The translations under genes were made by a program, and so were the position numbers. Below are positions 26,473 to 40,999 of a DNA stretch of 64,000 nt, piece after piece (the stretch's first letter is position 1; every line of letters starts with the position of its first letter). The notes under the pieces are model-generated. The model was not told the DNA's origin, made no database searches, and worked only from the letters and a program-made list of their open reading frames with translations. Source of the DNA: Octopus vulgaris (lineage: Eukaryota); NCBI GenBank assembly GCA_951406725.2, contig OX597826.1, positions 51,646,001 through 51,710,000 on the forward strand, given 5' to 3'.

Positions 26473-29400
26473 TTAAGTATGTATGTAAATATGTATGTAT
26501 GTATGTATGTATGTGTGTGTGTATGTATGTGCGTATGTATATATCTATGTATGTATGTGTGTGTGGCCGTGTGTGTAGGTATGTGATTGCGTGTATGTGT
26601 GTGTGTGTGTCGGTGTGTAAATGCAAAATTCTCACAACTTCAAAGTGTGCATATACATACACATATTTATACATACATATGTACACACATATATATATGT
26701 GTGTGTGTGTGTGTGTTGCTATGTTTTTGTATGTGTGTGTATTCGCGTGTTCGTCTTCGTTTGCATGAGTCGGTGTGAAACAAAGTAGTGGTTAAGGCCA
26801 CTTTAAGTAGTCGTTTGAATGCAATTACGTATCAATGGTTTCCTGATGGAGTGTACTAGAGGCATTAAAGAGCTCTAACATAACCAGATTCCTGTCTGAT
26901 TTGCATTGTATTCTGTTAAACTTCTACCGCATAATATCATATATTATTCTCCTTCCCACTCATCAAGAGTGCTGTACAGAAATGGCAGCTATGATAACGC
27001 AGCACATGCCACGACCAGTTTCAATTAGGAGGAAGCTATTTTAATATAATTATAACTGTTCTTTCTCTCGTGCACGCTGATTCCTTGGGATTCAGTTTCT
27101 ATTATGTCATGTTTGTTGAATTAGATTTGCTGTTACTTTATGCTTCAAATAACTTGAAACTTCATAAAGCATGAAATATTTAACAAATTTAATTTGTCAT
27201 TCTGCCAAATAAACCAATTTCAAAGATAGTTCAGTTACATATTATATTTTTTAAACTCACTCCTGCAGATCACCGTCTTCTGTACGCCAGCTAGCATCGT
27301 CATTGGGATACCATTATATTTGAGTTATTACAGTGCCTGTCTGTATATCTGAGTGTCTTCGTGAGCAGGGTGTCTTGTGTGTATGCCTATTTGTCTGCGG
27401 TGTGTGCGGATATATATATATATATATATGCATACGTCTGTGTGAATACATTTGCGTCATGATAGAGAAATATTGCATAATGCAGAAATATTCATACTTT
27501 TATTTTTTATCGATATGTATATGTGTCTTGTATATCGAGACTTTCTGTTTTGATAATACATTTATACACAAATGTATATACATATATATGTGCGTGTGAA
27601 TGTGTGTATGTGTTGTATGTTGTATGTGTGTCTGCGTGTGTATCTATATGAGGAAAAAAGAGGAAGGGAGGGAGACAACGGAACAAAGAATTCGATAAAT
27701 TAATATATTAATATATAATTATGGTATTATTTTATTGCTATCATTTGAATGCTGCTGTAAAAGTAATGTAAGTCCCCTCTATTTGATCTTTCTACCTGCT
27801 AGAAATGGTAGGTAACTTTCTCACAAAACCACAAAACATACGCTGCGTTTTTGTATAAAGATTGTTCACTTCGGTCATTTCATTCGTAGAAAAACAAAAC
27901 GATTGGATAGTCACACTTGGAGCTCCTTTTAAGATATGTTTGCTTGATCTACACAATAAACAGCAGCAACAACACATGGTGGAAGATTTGTAACGTCAAC
28001 CAATTTAACTCTATCACTTGGTTTTCCTTGAGCGACTTTAATTGAATTCACTGTGAGTGGAATTCATTCGACATACCTTTTCGGTTTGAAGGATATTTCC
28101 TACCACCTATCCACCGGTCCCAATCACTCTGTGAAACGGAACCCTGTGTTGCTGCCCTATTTCCTGACAAAACCATGAACAGCTAGTATTTTACCTATCA
28201 TGTAAAATAGAACTACTTCGCAAAATCATTTGTTTATGTAATTACAATACTCTACGTTGATAGTATTTAGAAGGAATTACTTCCCGACCTATGAAAATGC
28301 ATTTAAATTCACCATATCCAAGCCAAGTGTTATACAATAGAAACAAAACTGTCACTACATAACCTCTCTAATATTTATGAATCTTAAAGAAGGGTTGTTG
28401 GTCATAAATTTATTAACGTGTCTGTAGTCAGAGCAGCAAAAGCTATGCATGACTTAGGGAAGGTGTGGTATATTGTTCATAGTGGGAGAAGAATATTGTT
28501 ATGAATTATTTAGATATAGCTGATAACTCTCGAGTGGGGATATCTAAATGCGCATCTGAGAATAAACACCACTTCAGGCTGCACTTCCGGCTACAATTGT
28601 CCAACCTCACAGTTTCATTATCAACAGGTGAATCCTAGCTGAAGCTAATTTCCTATTTGCGTCAATCTAATATATATCAGCGTTGTTAACAACACAAATT
28701 GTACAATATTAGTTTTAACGAATTCTGGAAAGAGCGAGGAATTCTTTATACATACACATAAATATATACGTAGATACATACATACGTGTGTGTATCTGTG
28801 TGTGTGTGTGTGGGGGAAGTGAACGCACATAGATACACAAGTGCACGCATGCACACGTTCTCACACACACACACGTCTTCACCCATACACAGGCACTGAC
28901 AAACGTACATCTATGGCAATAGAGCATGCTTGTAAATTACAACATTTCATATTGCACAGCGATTATGTAAGTTTAGTGCATACATCTATGCGTGCATATA
29001 TACAAACATACACATATATCGCTATGAATGTATGTATATTTGTGTATATGCATGCATAAAATGTTTTAAAATTTTCCATATCTCACATACGCATACATAT
29101 TACAACTAAATGTTTATGTACATATATATATTCAGCCATACACGCACCTACATACATCACACACACACACACACACGCTTGCTCACATGCAGGCACACAC
29201 ACATGTGTGTCTGCGAGATTGTATGCTTGCGTGCGTTTATATCAATACTGTTACTAATACATCGTTCTATACACACTATTCGCATAAGGATATGCCTTAG
29301 TTAACAATTCAAAGAACCATACCTATGAAGACATTAATGGAAATTTCTTAAGCCGGCTGAAGTGATTTACTTTTGTTCTTGTTCTTCGACTATGCATAAC

Positions 29401-29480
29401 ACGCTTATCATATACACCTTGTTGCATATATACGATATACATGTACATGGATACGTACACGCACGCACATATATATATAT

Positions 29481-29780
29481 ATCACCGTGACCGACCAGAC
29501 TATCAGATGTTGCTACACATCGCTGATCACAATGCGCTTCGCATTGTTTTAGCCTTCAAATAACGCCACCCCGCTGGCTAAGCGAGCAGGCCAACAGAAG
29601 AAAGAGTGAGAGAAAGTTGTGGCGAAAGAGTACGGCAGGGTTCGCCACCACCCCTTGCCAGAGCCTCGTGGAGCTTTAGGTGTTTTCGCTCAATAAACAC
29701 TCACAACGCCCGGTCTGGGAATCGAAAGCGCGATCCTACAACCGCGAGTCCGCTATCCTAACCACTGGGCCATTGCGCCT

Positions 29781-29784
<4 letters not shown>
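29481..29784 (-). mobile_element. SINE family C, full length
   Basis: Reverse complement of 20837-21140. Confidence 0.9.
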
Positions 29785-29876
<92 letters not shown>

Positions 29877-30256
29877 GTGTGTGTGTGTGTGTGTATTAGG
29901 AAGAGAGAGAGAAAGAGAGAGTATAACATTGCTTCAAGAGCGTGAAAAGCGTGTGGACATTGCAAAATAAAACGAGTATTCATAGATATGTATTTCATAG
30001 ATTCAACGTTTTCCCCGCCACCTTATTCTTACTTAAAAGTTACATATATTATAAAGTTTATATAAATGTGTTCATGCAGTTCATCGCTGAGTAACTACTC
30101 CGAGTAATTTAGTCTTGAACTGTAAAAAATCTGATGAATATATAAATTAGCAGTAACAATACAACGTGAACGTTACATCACTGACACACAAGAAGTTCAG
30201 TACTTCCTGCGAGTACAAAATTATATTATCTATTCTTTGTATGAATATTTTGATTA

Positions 30257-30295
30257 TCCATCCATCCATCCATCCATCCATGCATCCATCCATCC

Positions 30296-30394
<99 letters not shown>

Positions 30395-30416
30395 AATCTA
30401 TCTATCTATCTATCTA
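30257..30416. repeat. (TCCA)n/(TCTA)n microsatellite
   Basis: Directly visible. Confidence 0.95.
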
Positions 30417-30644
30417 TTGCTTTGGATGTATCATGAAAGATATTCATTCATGATTTAATTTTCCCTATACAACAGTAAAAATGCTTATCTTGAAAATATT
30501 GTCATTTTTCTTAACGATTTGAACACAAAATATTTACTTCAAAAGACTCCGATACTCCTGGCTAGTTTAAACGCATTGCTTTCATTGTAGAATGGAAACA
30601 ACTTCATCCGAGTGAAACAAAGTTAATATTCCACTAGACTTCAA

Positions 30645-30852
30645 GACGGCAAGCTCGCAGAGTGGCTAGTATGCCGGGTAAAATGCTTAGCGGCAGTTTA
30701 TATGTCTTCACGTTCTGAGTTCAAATCCGCCTAGGTCGACTTTACCTTTCATCCTTTTAGAGATGATAAAATAAGTACCAGTCGACAACTGGGGTCAATG
30801 TAATCAACTTTACACCTCCCTGGAAATTGCTTGTCTTGTTTCAAATTTGAAA
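30645..30852 (+). mobile_element. SINE family B, diverged
   Basis: gttctgagttcaaatccgcctaggtcgactttacctttcatcc. Confidence 0.8.
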
Positions 30853-30886
30853 CAATTTTTTTTTAGATTAGTACTTATGTTAAAAT

Positions 30887-31208
30887 GTGGAGGCACAATG
30901 GCCCAGTGGTTAGGGCAGCCGACTCGCGGTCAGAGGATCGCTGTTTCGATTCCCAAACCGGGCGTTGCGTGTGTTTATTGAGCGAAAACACATAAAGCTC
31001 CACGAGGATCTGGCAAGGGATGGTGGCGACCCCTGTTGTACTCTTTCGCCCCAAATTTCTCTCAATCTTTCTTCCCGTTTCTTAAGTAACGCTGCGATGG
31101 ACTGGCACCCCGTCCAGCTGGGGTGGGGAACACATACGCCATAGAAACCGGGAAACCGGGCCCATGAGCCTGGCTAGGCTTGAAAAGGGCGTATAAATAA
31201 AATAAAAA
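30887..31208 (+). mobile_element. SINE family C variant with an alternative 3' half
   Basis: First ~185 bp match 20837; then gctgcgatggactggcaccccgtccag...atagaaaccggg and an A-rich tail. Confidence 0.85.
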
Positions 31209-32695
31209 CAGCGTTCAAAGGTTACGAATATGAGATTCAAAATCAGGTTGTAAATGATTTAACTGCAAATAGTTTACTCCTTCTGTAAACCCACCTCGAT
31301 TTTCAATAAGTGTTTAAGTCATCGCATCTTCCCCTTTCACTCGAATGTCGAATGTTGCCAAGGTGAACTCTATTGTTCATCCTTCCTGAAGTAATTAACG
31401 AAGTCTCAGGCTTCACGTCTATCTCCTGTAGGATTTGCTTCTGCAAGAAATCAATATTTTACAGGCTTTTATAATTGTTCTAAACTTCAGAAAATTGAAA
31501 CAAAAATTGGATATTATAAAATCATCAAAATATATTAAAAACAAATTATTTCTTTCGCCTGAGACAAGAAATTTTATAGGTCAAATACCGCGATCTGCGA
31601 AACAGAGATGGGATAGTTGAGCAGTAGAGCGGTTGTTATCGAGCACTTGCTGCTATCCATCATATATCCTGTTTCAAACTCCACTTGAATCGTCTTTTGA
31701 TGACGATTGATTCGATCTGCATGACTTTCATATGCAAAACATTCTGTTCATTGCCAGAGTGAAAAACAAAAGAAGCAATGTATTGATTGCTATGCAATGC
31801 TTTAGTTAAACGTTTAGTTAAATGCTGGAATAAGTAAGAAAGATAATTGCATTGCATTTTGTATTCTTCTCAGAGTTACATTTTTATTCATGAGAAAGCA
31901 TATGTATTTTATACCTGCACTGGCTCTCATTCTTCTAAACATTCTATATACTTCATTGGGTATCGCTTTAACCGATAAACAATATAGGAAAATAAGTCCA
32001 TTTGACTTAACAGAGAAAACAAAGGAACATAATAATTATTAAATTTCAGTAGGTATCGAATTATTTATGTTGTTTTATATTTAAACAAAACTACTTTGGA
32101 AAGCTTCTGTGGAAACTCTGTCATATTACCCACGCAACGTTTACAAATTATACGTATTGAGCTAGATGGCAATTATCCAAAACCATTTTTGCACACTGTT
32201 AAACAATTTTAATGGAATATAATTTTCATAGGTAATGAAAACATATGGTGTTTATATGATTAGGTTGAATATTCTGAGGTATAACACGGCTACTGGTGCG
32301 TAAATATGATATAAAACACAGTTTATCTGAACTCTTAGACAACGTCTGGTAAATATATAACTTTGAATCTATTGCCAATCTACTAAGACTTCGGGCGAAA
32401 TCACTGCACTTGTTTAAGTTCTCGCATAATAGAATTTCGTTATTTCTTTACCGACTCTTGTCGTTGAATTGCAGCTGTGAACGGGCATCACTTCAGAGAT
32501 TTTAGCTGATTATTTTATATTGATCTTAAAGGTCGGTATAGTATTTATCAACATACGAACTTTGTGTACGCCTTATTGTAAAAGAACGAAACCAGAGCGT
32601 AAATGGCTATGGCTAAATACCAGATGTTGTATTCATTCAACACATAGCTGACTATGCATATATATATATATATATGTGTGCGTGTGAGTGTGTGT

Positions 32696-32734
<39 letters not shown>

Positions 32735-32759
32735 TGTGTATGTGTGTGTGAGTGTGTCT

Positions 32760-32978
32760 ATTCTTTTATTTTGTTTGTCATTTGACTGTAGCCATGCTAT
32801 GGCACCAGTCTAAAGGGTTTTCGTCGAAGACATCGACTCCAGGACTTATTCTTTGTAAGCCTAGTGCTTCATCTATGGCTCTCTTTTGCCGAACCGCTAA
32901 ACTACGGGGACTTAAACACACTAACACACCAACATCGGTTATCAAGCGATGTGGGGGGGACAAACACAGACACACACT

Positions 32979-33022
<44 letters not shown>

Positions 33023-33195
33023 CATATATACGACGGGCTTCTTTCAGTTTCCGTCCACCAAATCCACTCACAAGGCTTTGGTCAGCCCGAGGCTATAGCA
33101 GAAGACACTTGCCCAAAGTGCGACGCAGTGGGACTGAACCCGGAACCATGTGGTTCGTAAGCAAGCTACTTACAACACAGCCACTCCTACGCCTA
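32760..33195 (-). mobile_element. SINE family A, near full length
   Basis: Reverse complement of 1455-1870. Confidence 0.9.
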
Positions 33196-33214
33196 TATAT
33201 ATATATTATATATA

Positions 33215-33378
33215 TGACGGGCTTCTTTCAGTTTCCCTCTACCAAATCCACTCACAAGGCTTTGGTCAGCCCGATGTCATAGTAGAAGACACCTGACCAA
33301 GGTGCCACGCTGTAGGACTTAGCCCGTAACTATGTGGTTGGGAAGTAAGCTTCTTACCACATAGTTACGTCTGCGACT
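33215..33378 (-). mobile_element. SINE family A, 5' half
   Basis: gacgggcttctttcagttt...cttaccac. Confidence 0.85.
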
Positions 33379-33578
33379 ATACATATAAGGCAATATAATA
33401 TATAATATACATATGTGTGTGTATACATATTTATCACAATACATGGTTCTTAACATTCAGAGTGTCTTGGTTATCTTAAACTCAGCAGATCCCATGCCTC
33501 TCTACGCTTGACCGATGCCGATTTATTTCAGGAGAGAAATTGACAGGGAGAAGGAAACATATACAGAAATCTACTACA

Positions 33579-33812
<234 letters not shown>

Positions 33813-33850
33813 TACACTCATACCGTGGCTGGTGTGCGCGTCTGTGTATC

Positions 33851-33914
<64 letters not shown>

Positions 33915-34360
33915 CTACACACCACCACACAATTTCCATGCACTAAATAGCAGTGCATTACTCTGTTGTGGATATGAAGCAGCCTTTTTAGCCACAAGGC
34001 TATGCTTGTTGTGCAATGCAATAAAGAGACAAAAGCAGTAGATGGTGGGACTAAAAACCTAACCGAAAGTTCGTTTCGTTGCTGTACATTCTTAGTTGGA
34101 ATCATAGAGTACTTCAGTGGATTTATTTTCTATTAATCGTAACAAGGTCAATGGAATTGATAAGAAACGATCGAGTACGTTACTCCTGCACTGTATTTTT
34201 TTACAGTCTGTTAGCATGCATTAGTGTAAAAATAACATGGAAAGGAACAATAGATATATTGAATATTCTCATGCTTTAACGGATTACAGTGAGAAGAATT
34301 AAAATAACTCTTTTTTTAAAAACTTCTTTTAATTTTTATATAAAACTATGATTAAATGAA

Positions 34361-34653
34361 ATGACACAGGTGGTAGTTTCCCATATATTTGCATTTTGGT
34401 TGGATGGTACTTCCACGAGAGATTTTGAGCTCTCAGAAGGAGGCGAGTGTAGGTTCCATCCAACCGCCTCTCAAGCTTCTTTGCTAGCGTCCAGGTTTCT
34501 GAGCCATATAGTAGAATTGGTTCGACTGTGGCTTTGAAGATTTCAAGTTTGAAGTCTCTACTTAGATTTGATGACCAGATCTTATGCATGTCATTACAGG
34601 CAAACAATGCTATCAACCAAGTGAATCGAATCCAACTCATCAATAATTGACTT
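34361..34653 (-). mobile_element. Inverted duplicate of the RTE 5' junction
   Basis: Reverse complement of 34692-34984 with 7 substitutions; encodes ACNDMHKIWSSNL...EPILLYGSETWTL. Confidence 0.9.
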
Positions 34654-34741
34654 TATTTCATTTAATCATAGTTTTATATAAAAATTAAAAGAAGTCAATT
34701 ATTGATGAGTTGGATTCGATTCACTTGGTTGATAGCATTGT

Positions 34742-35239
34742 TTGCCTGTAATGACATGCATAAGATCTGATCATCGAATCTAAGTAGAGACATCAAACTT
34801 GAAATCTTCAAAGCCAAAGTCGAACCAATTCTACTATATGGCTCAGAAACCTGGACGCTATCAAAGAAGCTTGAGAGGCGGTTGGATGGAACCTACACTC
34901 GCCTCCTTATGAGAGCTCAAAATCTCTCGTGGAAGCACCATCCAACCAAAATGCAAATATATGGGAAACTACCACCTGTGTCATCTCTTGTGAAAGGTAG
35001 GAGAGTCCAGTTTGCTGGACATTGTTGTAGAGCTGAAAAAGAAGTAATTTCTACTCTTCTCCTCTGGAAGTCATCTACTCGCAATACCAGAGGGCGCACA
35101 CTCTCCTACCCTGATGTAATCTCCATGGATACAGGCATCCAGCAACAGGACCTCCGTAATGCCATGATGGACCGTGAAGTCTGGCGTAGCATGGTAAATT
35201 CCATTGTCTCGACCACGGTCGAACAATGATGATGATGAT
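34742..35239 (+). mobile_element. RTE-clade LINE, 5'-truncated 3' end with (GAT)n tail
   Basis: LLYGSETWTL...LDGTYTRLLMRAQNLSW...RRVQFAGHC...AMMDREVWR; stop followed by tgatgatgatgat. Confidence 0.92.
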
Positions 35240-38200
35240 TGCATGGGACGAATGAAACTAATATAAATATTGACGATTGAAACTAATTATATAAACATTT
35301 CTTTGGTTTTGATTACAATTTTGTGTGTTCGATATCTAACACGGTAGTATAGTTACTAGAGATATAAATGCATACACACGCATGCATTCACACACGCATG
35401 CATTCACACACACATACATTCGCGCGCTTATGCATATAGGTCAAAATGTACATTCTCATTAACGTAAGTATTGTTGTTGCTTGCTTTTTGGATAAGCTCA
35501 TTGGGAAACACACTTCTTCACAAAACAATATTTTGTTATTCAATAATAAATCTAATTTAAGAGAACACACGAAACCTAATGTCACTATAACAAGGAGTGC
35601 ATTCATTTGATAAACATAGATTGCATGCTCTGTTGACCTCTCGATCAACCCAATAGTGTGAATAACTTCTGCCTTCTGGTAGCAGCCTTTGCCTAATTTC
35701 CAGCCCCAATTCACACTTATAGGCCAGTTGAGGTTTCTCATGACCCTTGTGGCATATTGCAAATTTATTCAAAGCTTTATCTTTCATATGTGAGCATATT
35801 AGGCAATATATTGATTTATTTATTATACACAACACTAATTTTGTGCAGCTAATAATCTGTTTTAGAGCAATCATCTCCATGTGCTGACTCTTTAAACACA
35901 ATCTCCAATTTTTCGGTTACTTGGACTTCTATAAATACAAAGATCCATTTACTTTGTTTCCCCTACAGCAGTACATTTCATTTTTACTGATGAACAACTC
36001 GTTGCTATAATTTTTAAACATATTATGGATGCCTAGTCTCAAACTATTTTAACCCTTTATAACGACGACTTATCGTTAGTGAAACCAGAAAATAAATGCT
36101 TAATTGTTGACTTCATACTATCAGTAACTGAGGTCTGTGCAATTGATTAGCAAACTTACAATAACAACACTGCAATCACTGGCTTATAGATGCATTGTGT
36201 ATTCAGTTGCCTCAGCATTCATAACTATAGTATACACTCTTTCGCCAAACTACCGGGTTGTTTACACCATATTCTTGCTACGATCTCTCTATAGTGCACT
36301 AATTTGTATTGAGTATTACGTATAAAACTTTATCCTGAGAACTGAGATTCTGTAATTCACTTCATGCTCGCAGCGCTGGATATCAAATTACACATGATTA
36401 ACCAATCTAGGAAACGCTAAGTGGCCGCTGGAAATGCTAAATATAGCAACTAAATCTTTCTCTCACCGTACCTTATTGTCTTTATTAAAGTACATACATA
36501 CTGAGCAATTTACCCTGCAATGGAATATACTGTTTTTATTAAAACAATACAGCCTTTTTAAGGTTCAAAATGCCTTTGATCAGGACTAGCATATATCTGC
36601 TAGTTAATCGCTGATATGGTGCTAGACAACAACAAAAGCTGCATGCATAATATTAAGTCTAACATTAAACACATAGAATTCAATAACTTTAAAAGACCTG
36701 TAAATGTATTGGGTAGCATCTTTTTCTCCTTTTTGAACCGAGGAAGAAAAATTGTCTTAAAACATGTGTTATAGGTTTCAAGAAGATAAAATAAAATTTC
36801 GATTCCTCGTGCGTCTTGAACTTAGGGAAATAACAGCTGGAAAGTCTTCCAACTAATTTTACACCGATTTCACCCAAACAAGCGATTATATGTTTATTAA
36901 TGGTTTCAAATGCAATTCTCTGCAAAGACAATATATCTTTTTAGACTAAAAAGTATATAGGCTAAATTATATCTTTAAAAATGCTAAATAAACTATAATG
37001 ATGAGTATATCATTTATCGTGTATCTATAACAAGCATAGAATGACGCGAACTGAAGTATTTAGTCTTAGAGAAATTTCTGAAAGAGATTTATATGTTTAG
37101 AAAATATGTATTATACCCTTTTATTGTTTTGAGTTACGAAATGAGGGAAAATAATTTCTGATATTAGTATGGCTCCTCTGGAATCCTCAAATAATTGTGT
37201 GTCCTCTACAGGTTGTCATAATATACAATTGCGTCCCGATATGTTGTTTATCAGTATACATACACACACGCACACATACACACACGCATACAAAACCCAT
37301 AGATATCAACACAGCCTACCTGATACTATTATGTTCTGAGTGTAAATCAAATATCATACGTCTTTATAGTGGGAATAAAATAAATACCAACAATATACTG
37401 GGTCGATTTTGTCTAATGTATTTCTCCTCCACCTATGGGTCGCCTTGTAGCAAAGTATTGCTACGTGAGAATGTAATTTAAAACTTACATGAGGCAAATT
37501 CCAATCAAAGACACCTTTTATAAGAATGTGTGACCCCTATGTGTGACCTACATAAATAGTGTTATATTGGACAATGTAATTCACAACACAACTTTGATAC
37601 TTAGCTGATGGCATTGGCTATCATTACACCACTCAGTACATGGATAAATGAATACCATATGATCTTTTCTTCATGTATTAACATAAATATATTTTAGTGA
37701 TCTTTATATAACTAAACAAGGGATAAAATATCGGTAAGTGGAGATTTGCTTCTCGCGTAAATCCTCTCACACCGTTAATATTATTGGCAAAATAATGAAC
37801 CTCGCAATAGCTTATTTCTGCTTTCTCACAGCAGTGGATCACGTTGACTAGGAAAAAAGAAAAAAAAGGCGGGACAACATTATGATTGACAGTTATTCCC
37901 TTTCTAAGAGCTAATTAAAATTTTATAGGCATATATTTTTAAAAAGCGATCAATTAATAATATACACCTGCTGCTTGTTTCTTTAAGTTATTTATTATAG
38001 TACTGCCGCATTTTTCCTTCCTAAGAAACCCTTTGTAAATCGTTACCTGTAGTAATTAATTTAAGATCTGTCCGAATTCTTAAAAACGATGTACAATAAC
38101 TTTATTTCTAAATGATCTAAAAATATAATTTGAGAATTTTAAATTTAAAGTGAAGAATATGTGTTTCTGATCACTCCTACTCAGAGATAAGACCAACCAA

Positions 38201-39739
38201 CCAGCCAACAAACCACCAACATATTATATAAAAATATAGTAATATGGCGATGTTTTCTCAAGAAATCAATAAACAAGAAGATAATTATTTTTATCATAAT
38301 TAAAATTCCAAGATATTTTTGGTTTTCAGTCGTCTTTATATGATTTCTCCTTGAGCATTTCGTGAATAAAATAAAATAGAAGTGTTCGTTCGTTTGCTTT
38401 TCGAAAGAGTGAAGAATAATTAGCTGATAGGATAATTAATATAAAACACAAACAAGACAGGGAAATAGTGAAAGAATATTTCAGGCGCAAAATAGCTTCC
38501 AGTGACGACATGCATCTAATTCTATGTGCGTTGCTTTCTTTGCTGATGTCAATAATTTTAAAAGCAAAGCAAAGCAAACAAAGAATTCGATGGATACTGA
38601 AAATTATTTCTTAATTTATTTTTGCTTTTATAATATTGGTCACGTGATTTGTTCAATCGGTTTTATCTATTCTTGGCAATATAATGGTAGCAATTTTTAA
38701 AATTCTATTTTTAGTGTTTTGTTTTCATTTTAAATTTAAAGTCTTAATTCCAGAGCCTTTTCTATATTCAACGAGCAACCTCCTTTGAAACGAACCGGGT
38801 GCATTAGCAGTTAACTATGTGTCGACAAAAATTACTTTTGCTAGTCCTAAGTAAACATAAAATTTAACAGAGAAAAAGAGAAGAGAAAAAATCTACAATA
38901 GTGTTTTCCTGAAAAAATTTTATTCAGCTGAATAAAAGATGTAATGAAATATGCTAATTTAATGAAGGATATCGACTATGTTAACTGAAGATTAATTGAG
39001 ATGACTATGTTATGTAATGACTATCATATTAACTTCAATAGGGAAATGAAACGGTATCATGTGGTATTTTAAGGTGCAATGTGTCTAATTCTAAAGAAAT
39101 ATTGACGAGAATTTTAAATACATGGAATGCGTAACACAGTTTTCATGGTGAAATTAGAGTTAAGAGTGAGTTAAACATACGCTGCGGATCATTAATAAAA
39201 GAGACTAGAGACAAAATCGATATTACATAATGTCAATGAAACGAATAAATGACCCTATTGAACCTTCGATTGTGTCTATGAAAAATTATAGAGTTTGCTG
39301 CAAGAATATGAGTCTTTGAAATGGAATTCAATATATGAACTCAAATTTCCAAAAATAACTTAGATTTTTCAACATCACATTCTACTCTGTAATTATCCAT
39401 TCAGAGATCGACATAAAATTAGAAAATAAAACAACAACGCTTTTATTTCTCTTTATGAATGTCAAACGACGGGCTTGGATATTTCAGCAGACAGCAAATT
39501 AAAGGTAATAGTGGGTGAAATCCAGAAACATCGATCACATCAAACACCTAAAAAGTATAAAGCTTAGAAATATTTCCTATGATTGGTTCTAAAGTCTACT
39601 GAATTTAGCAGAAAACTGCACGGTAGGATTTTCACTTAGAGATATTTTTCTTATTCGAACCATACATGCAGAGGACTCTAATACATTGTGTACATAGATA
39701 CATGTATATACATAAAACTTGGCACCTTTCTTATATTTA

Positions 39740-39960
39740 CTCCTTTACTACCCACAAGGGGCTAAACACAGAGGGGACAAACAAGGACAGACAAACGGAT
39801 TAAGTCGATTACATCTATCCCAGCTGGTACTTAATTTATCGACCCCGAAAGGATGAAAGACAAAGTCGACCTCGACGGAATTTGAACTTAGAACGTAACA
39901 GCAGACGAAATACGGCTACGCATTTCGCCAGGCGTGCTAACGTTTCTGCCAGCTCGCCGC
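39740..39960 (-). mobile_element. SINE family B monomer with TSD
   Basis: Reverse complement of 24711-24941; cctttcttatatt at 39725-39737 and 39960-39972. Confidence 0.9.
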
Positions 39961-40999
39961 CTTTCTTATATTACTTAAGTAAATACTTGTATCAGTGCGC
40001 AGCAAAAGCACGAAACAGTTCATGGTGTGCAAACATTCAATATCTCGTGTTTGAGACTCTCTATAACTCGTCTTATAGTAATCCTCGAAAACTGCAATTG
40101 TTTTCATAAAATACTTGCCTACTTGAAGAACAAAATAAAAAAAAAAATCTAGAAAACGATCAAATAAACACGCGCTAACACACACTCACACACACATACA
40201 TGAACGTATTTTCATGGCTATTTATACTTGTCTGTCAGAAACGAAAACACTACTCAAAGCAACATTGATAAAAGTAATCTTACTAGCCATCACCGTCTGA
40301 AAGGTTTCTCTCAGCTTCTCGTCCGGTTGTCTACTTTGTAGCTGAAATGGCAAGAAGTGTCTCTTTATAGAACGTCCTGGATTTCGAGTTTAATATGACT
40401 AATTTCAGAGACTCAGACTACATTATACAATTAACAAAAGTTTATGGGTTTCCTAGGTTATTTGTTATAAATAATGAATAGGTAACTAAGCACGTTATAA
40501 TTCTTTAACTTTTTGAAGTTCAGGAAAGAAAGAGTGCACATTGCACATAAGGAAATATTAAGTTATAAAAGTTATTCATACACGCATGTGTAATACCAGT
40601 AATTAGAAAGTTACTTTGTTTGGGTTTAAGGAATTATGGTAAACTAAAGCGAAGTCTGGGCAAAATTTTCAAAACATAAATATATTACATATTCAAGGAA
40701 TTTGCGAATGAAAGATTTTGCAGAATTCTTTCTAATGTATTAACGTAAATCCAGTGAACCACTCGTTTCTTTGTCTGTAGCTTTTCGGTTATCTAGAATT
40801 TCTCATATCGATATTTAGTGCGGAGGTCATTGATTCGGTTTATTGCTCTCCTCATAATATTGCTAATGTTTGTTGGTGTAGCTTTATTTACAGATGGATT
40901 ACTGCATTGTCTACTATATCACTAACAGATTGCCCACTCAGGTTCCCATTTATGCTCGAATTTTAAATGATTCAAGCAAAAGGTTTTCGCCTATACTCT

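Noticed and set aside
32221-32237. Weaker AG|GT motif ttttcatag|gtaatg (similar ones near 10620, 41790 and 54530)
   Set aside because: Short pyrimidine tracts or poor donors; expected by chance in 64 kb of AT-rich DNA
35388-35901. Two overlapping minus-strand ORFs in GC-richer unique sequence
   Set aside because: No recognisable domain or convincing splice sites; cannot be supported as coding
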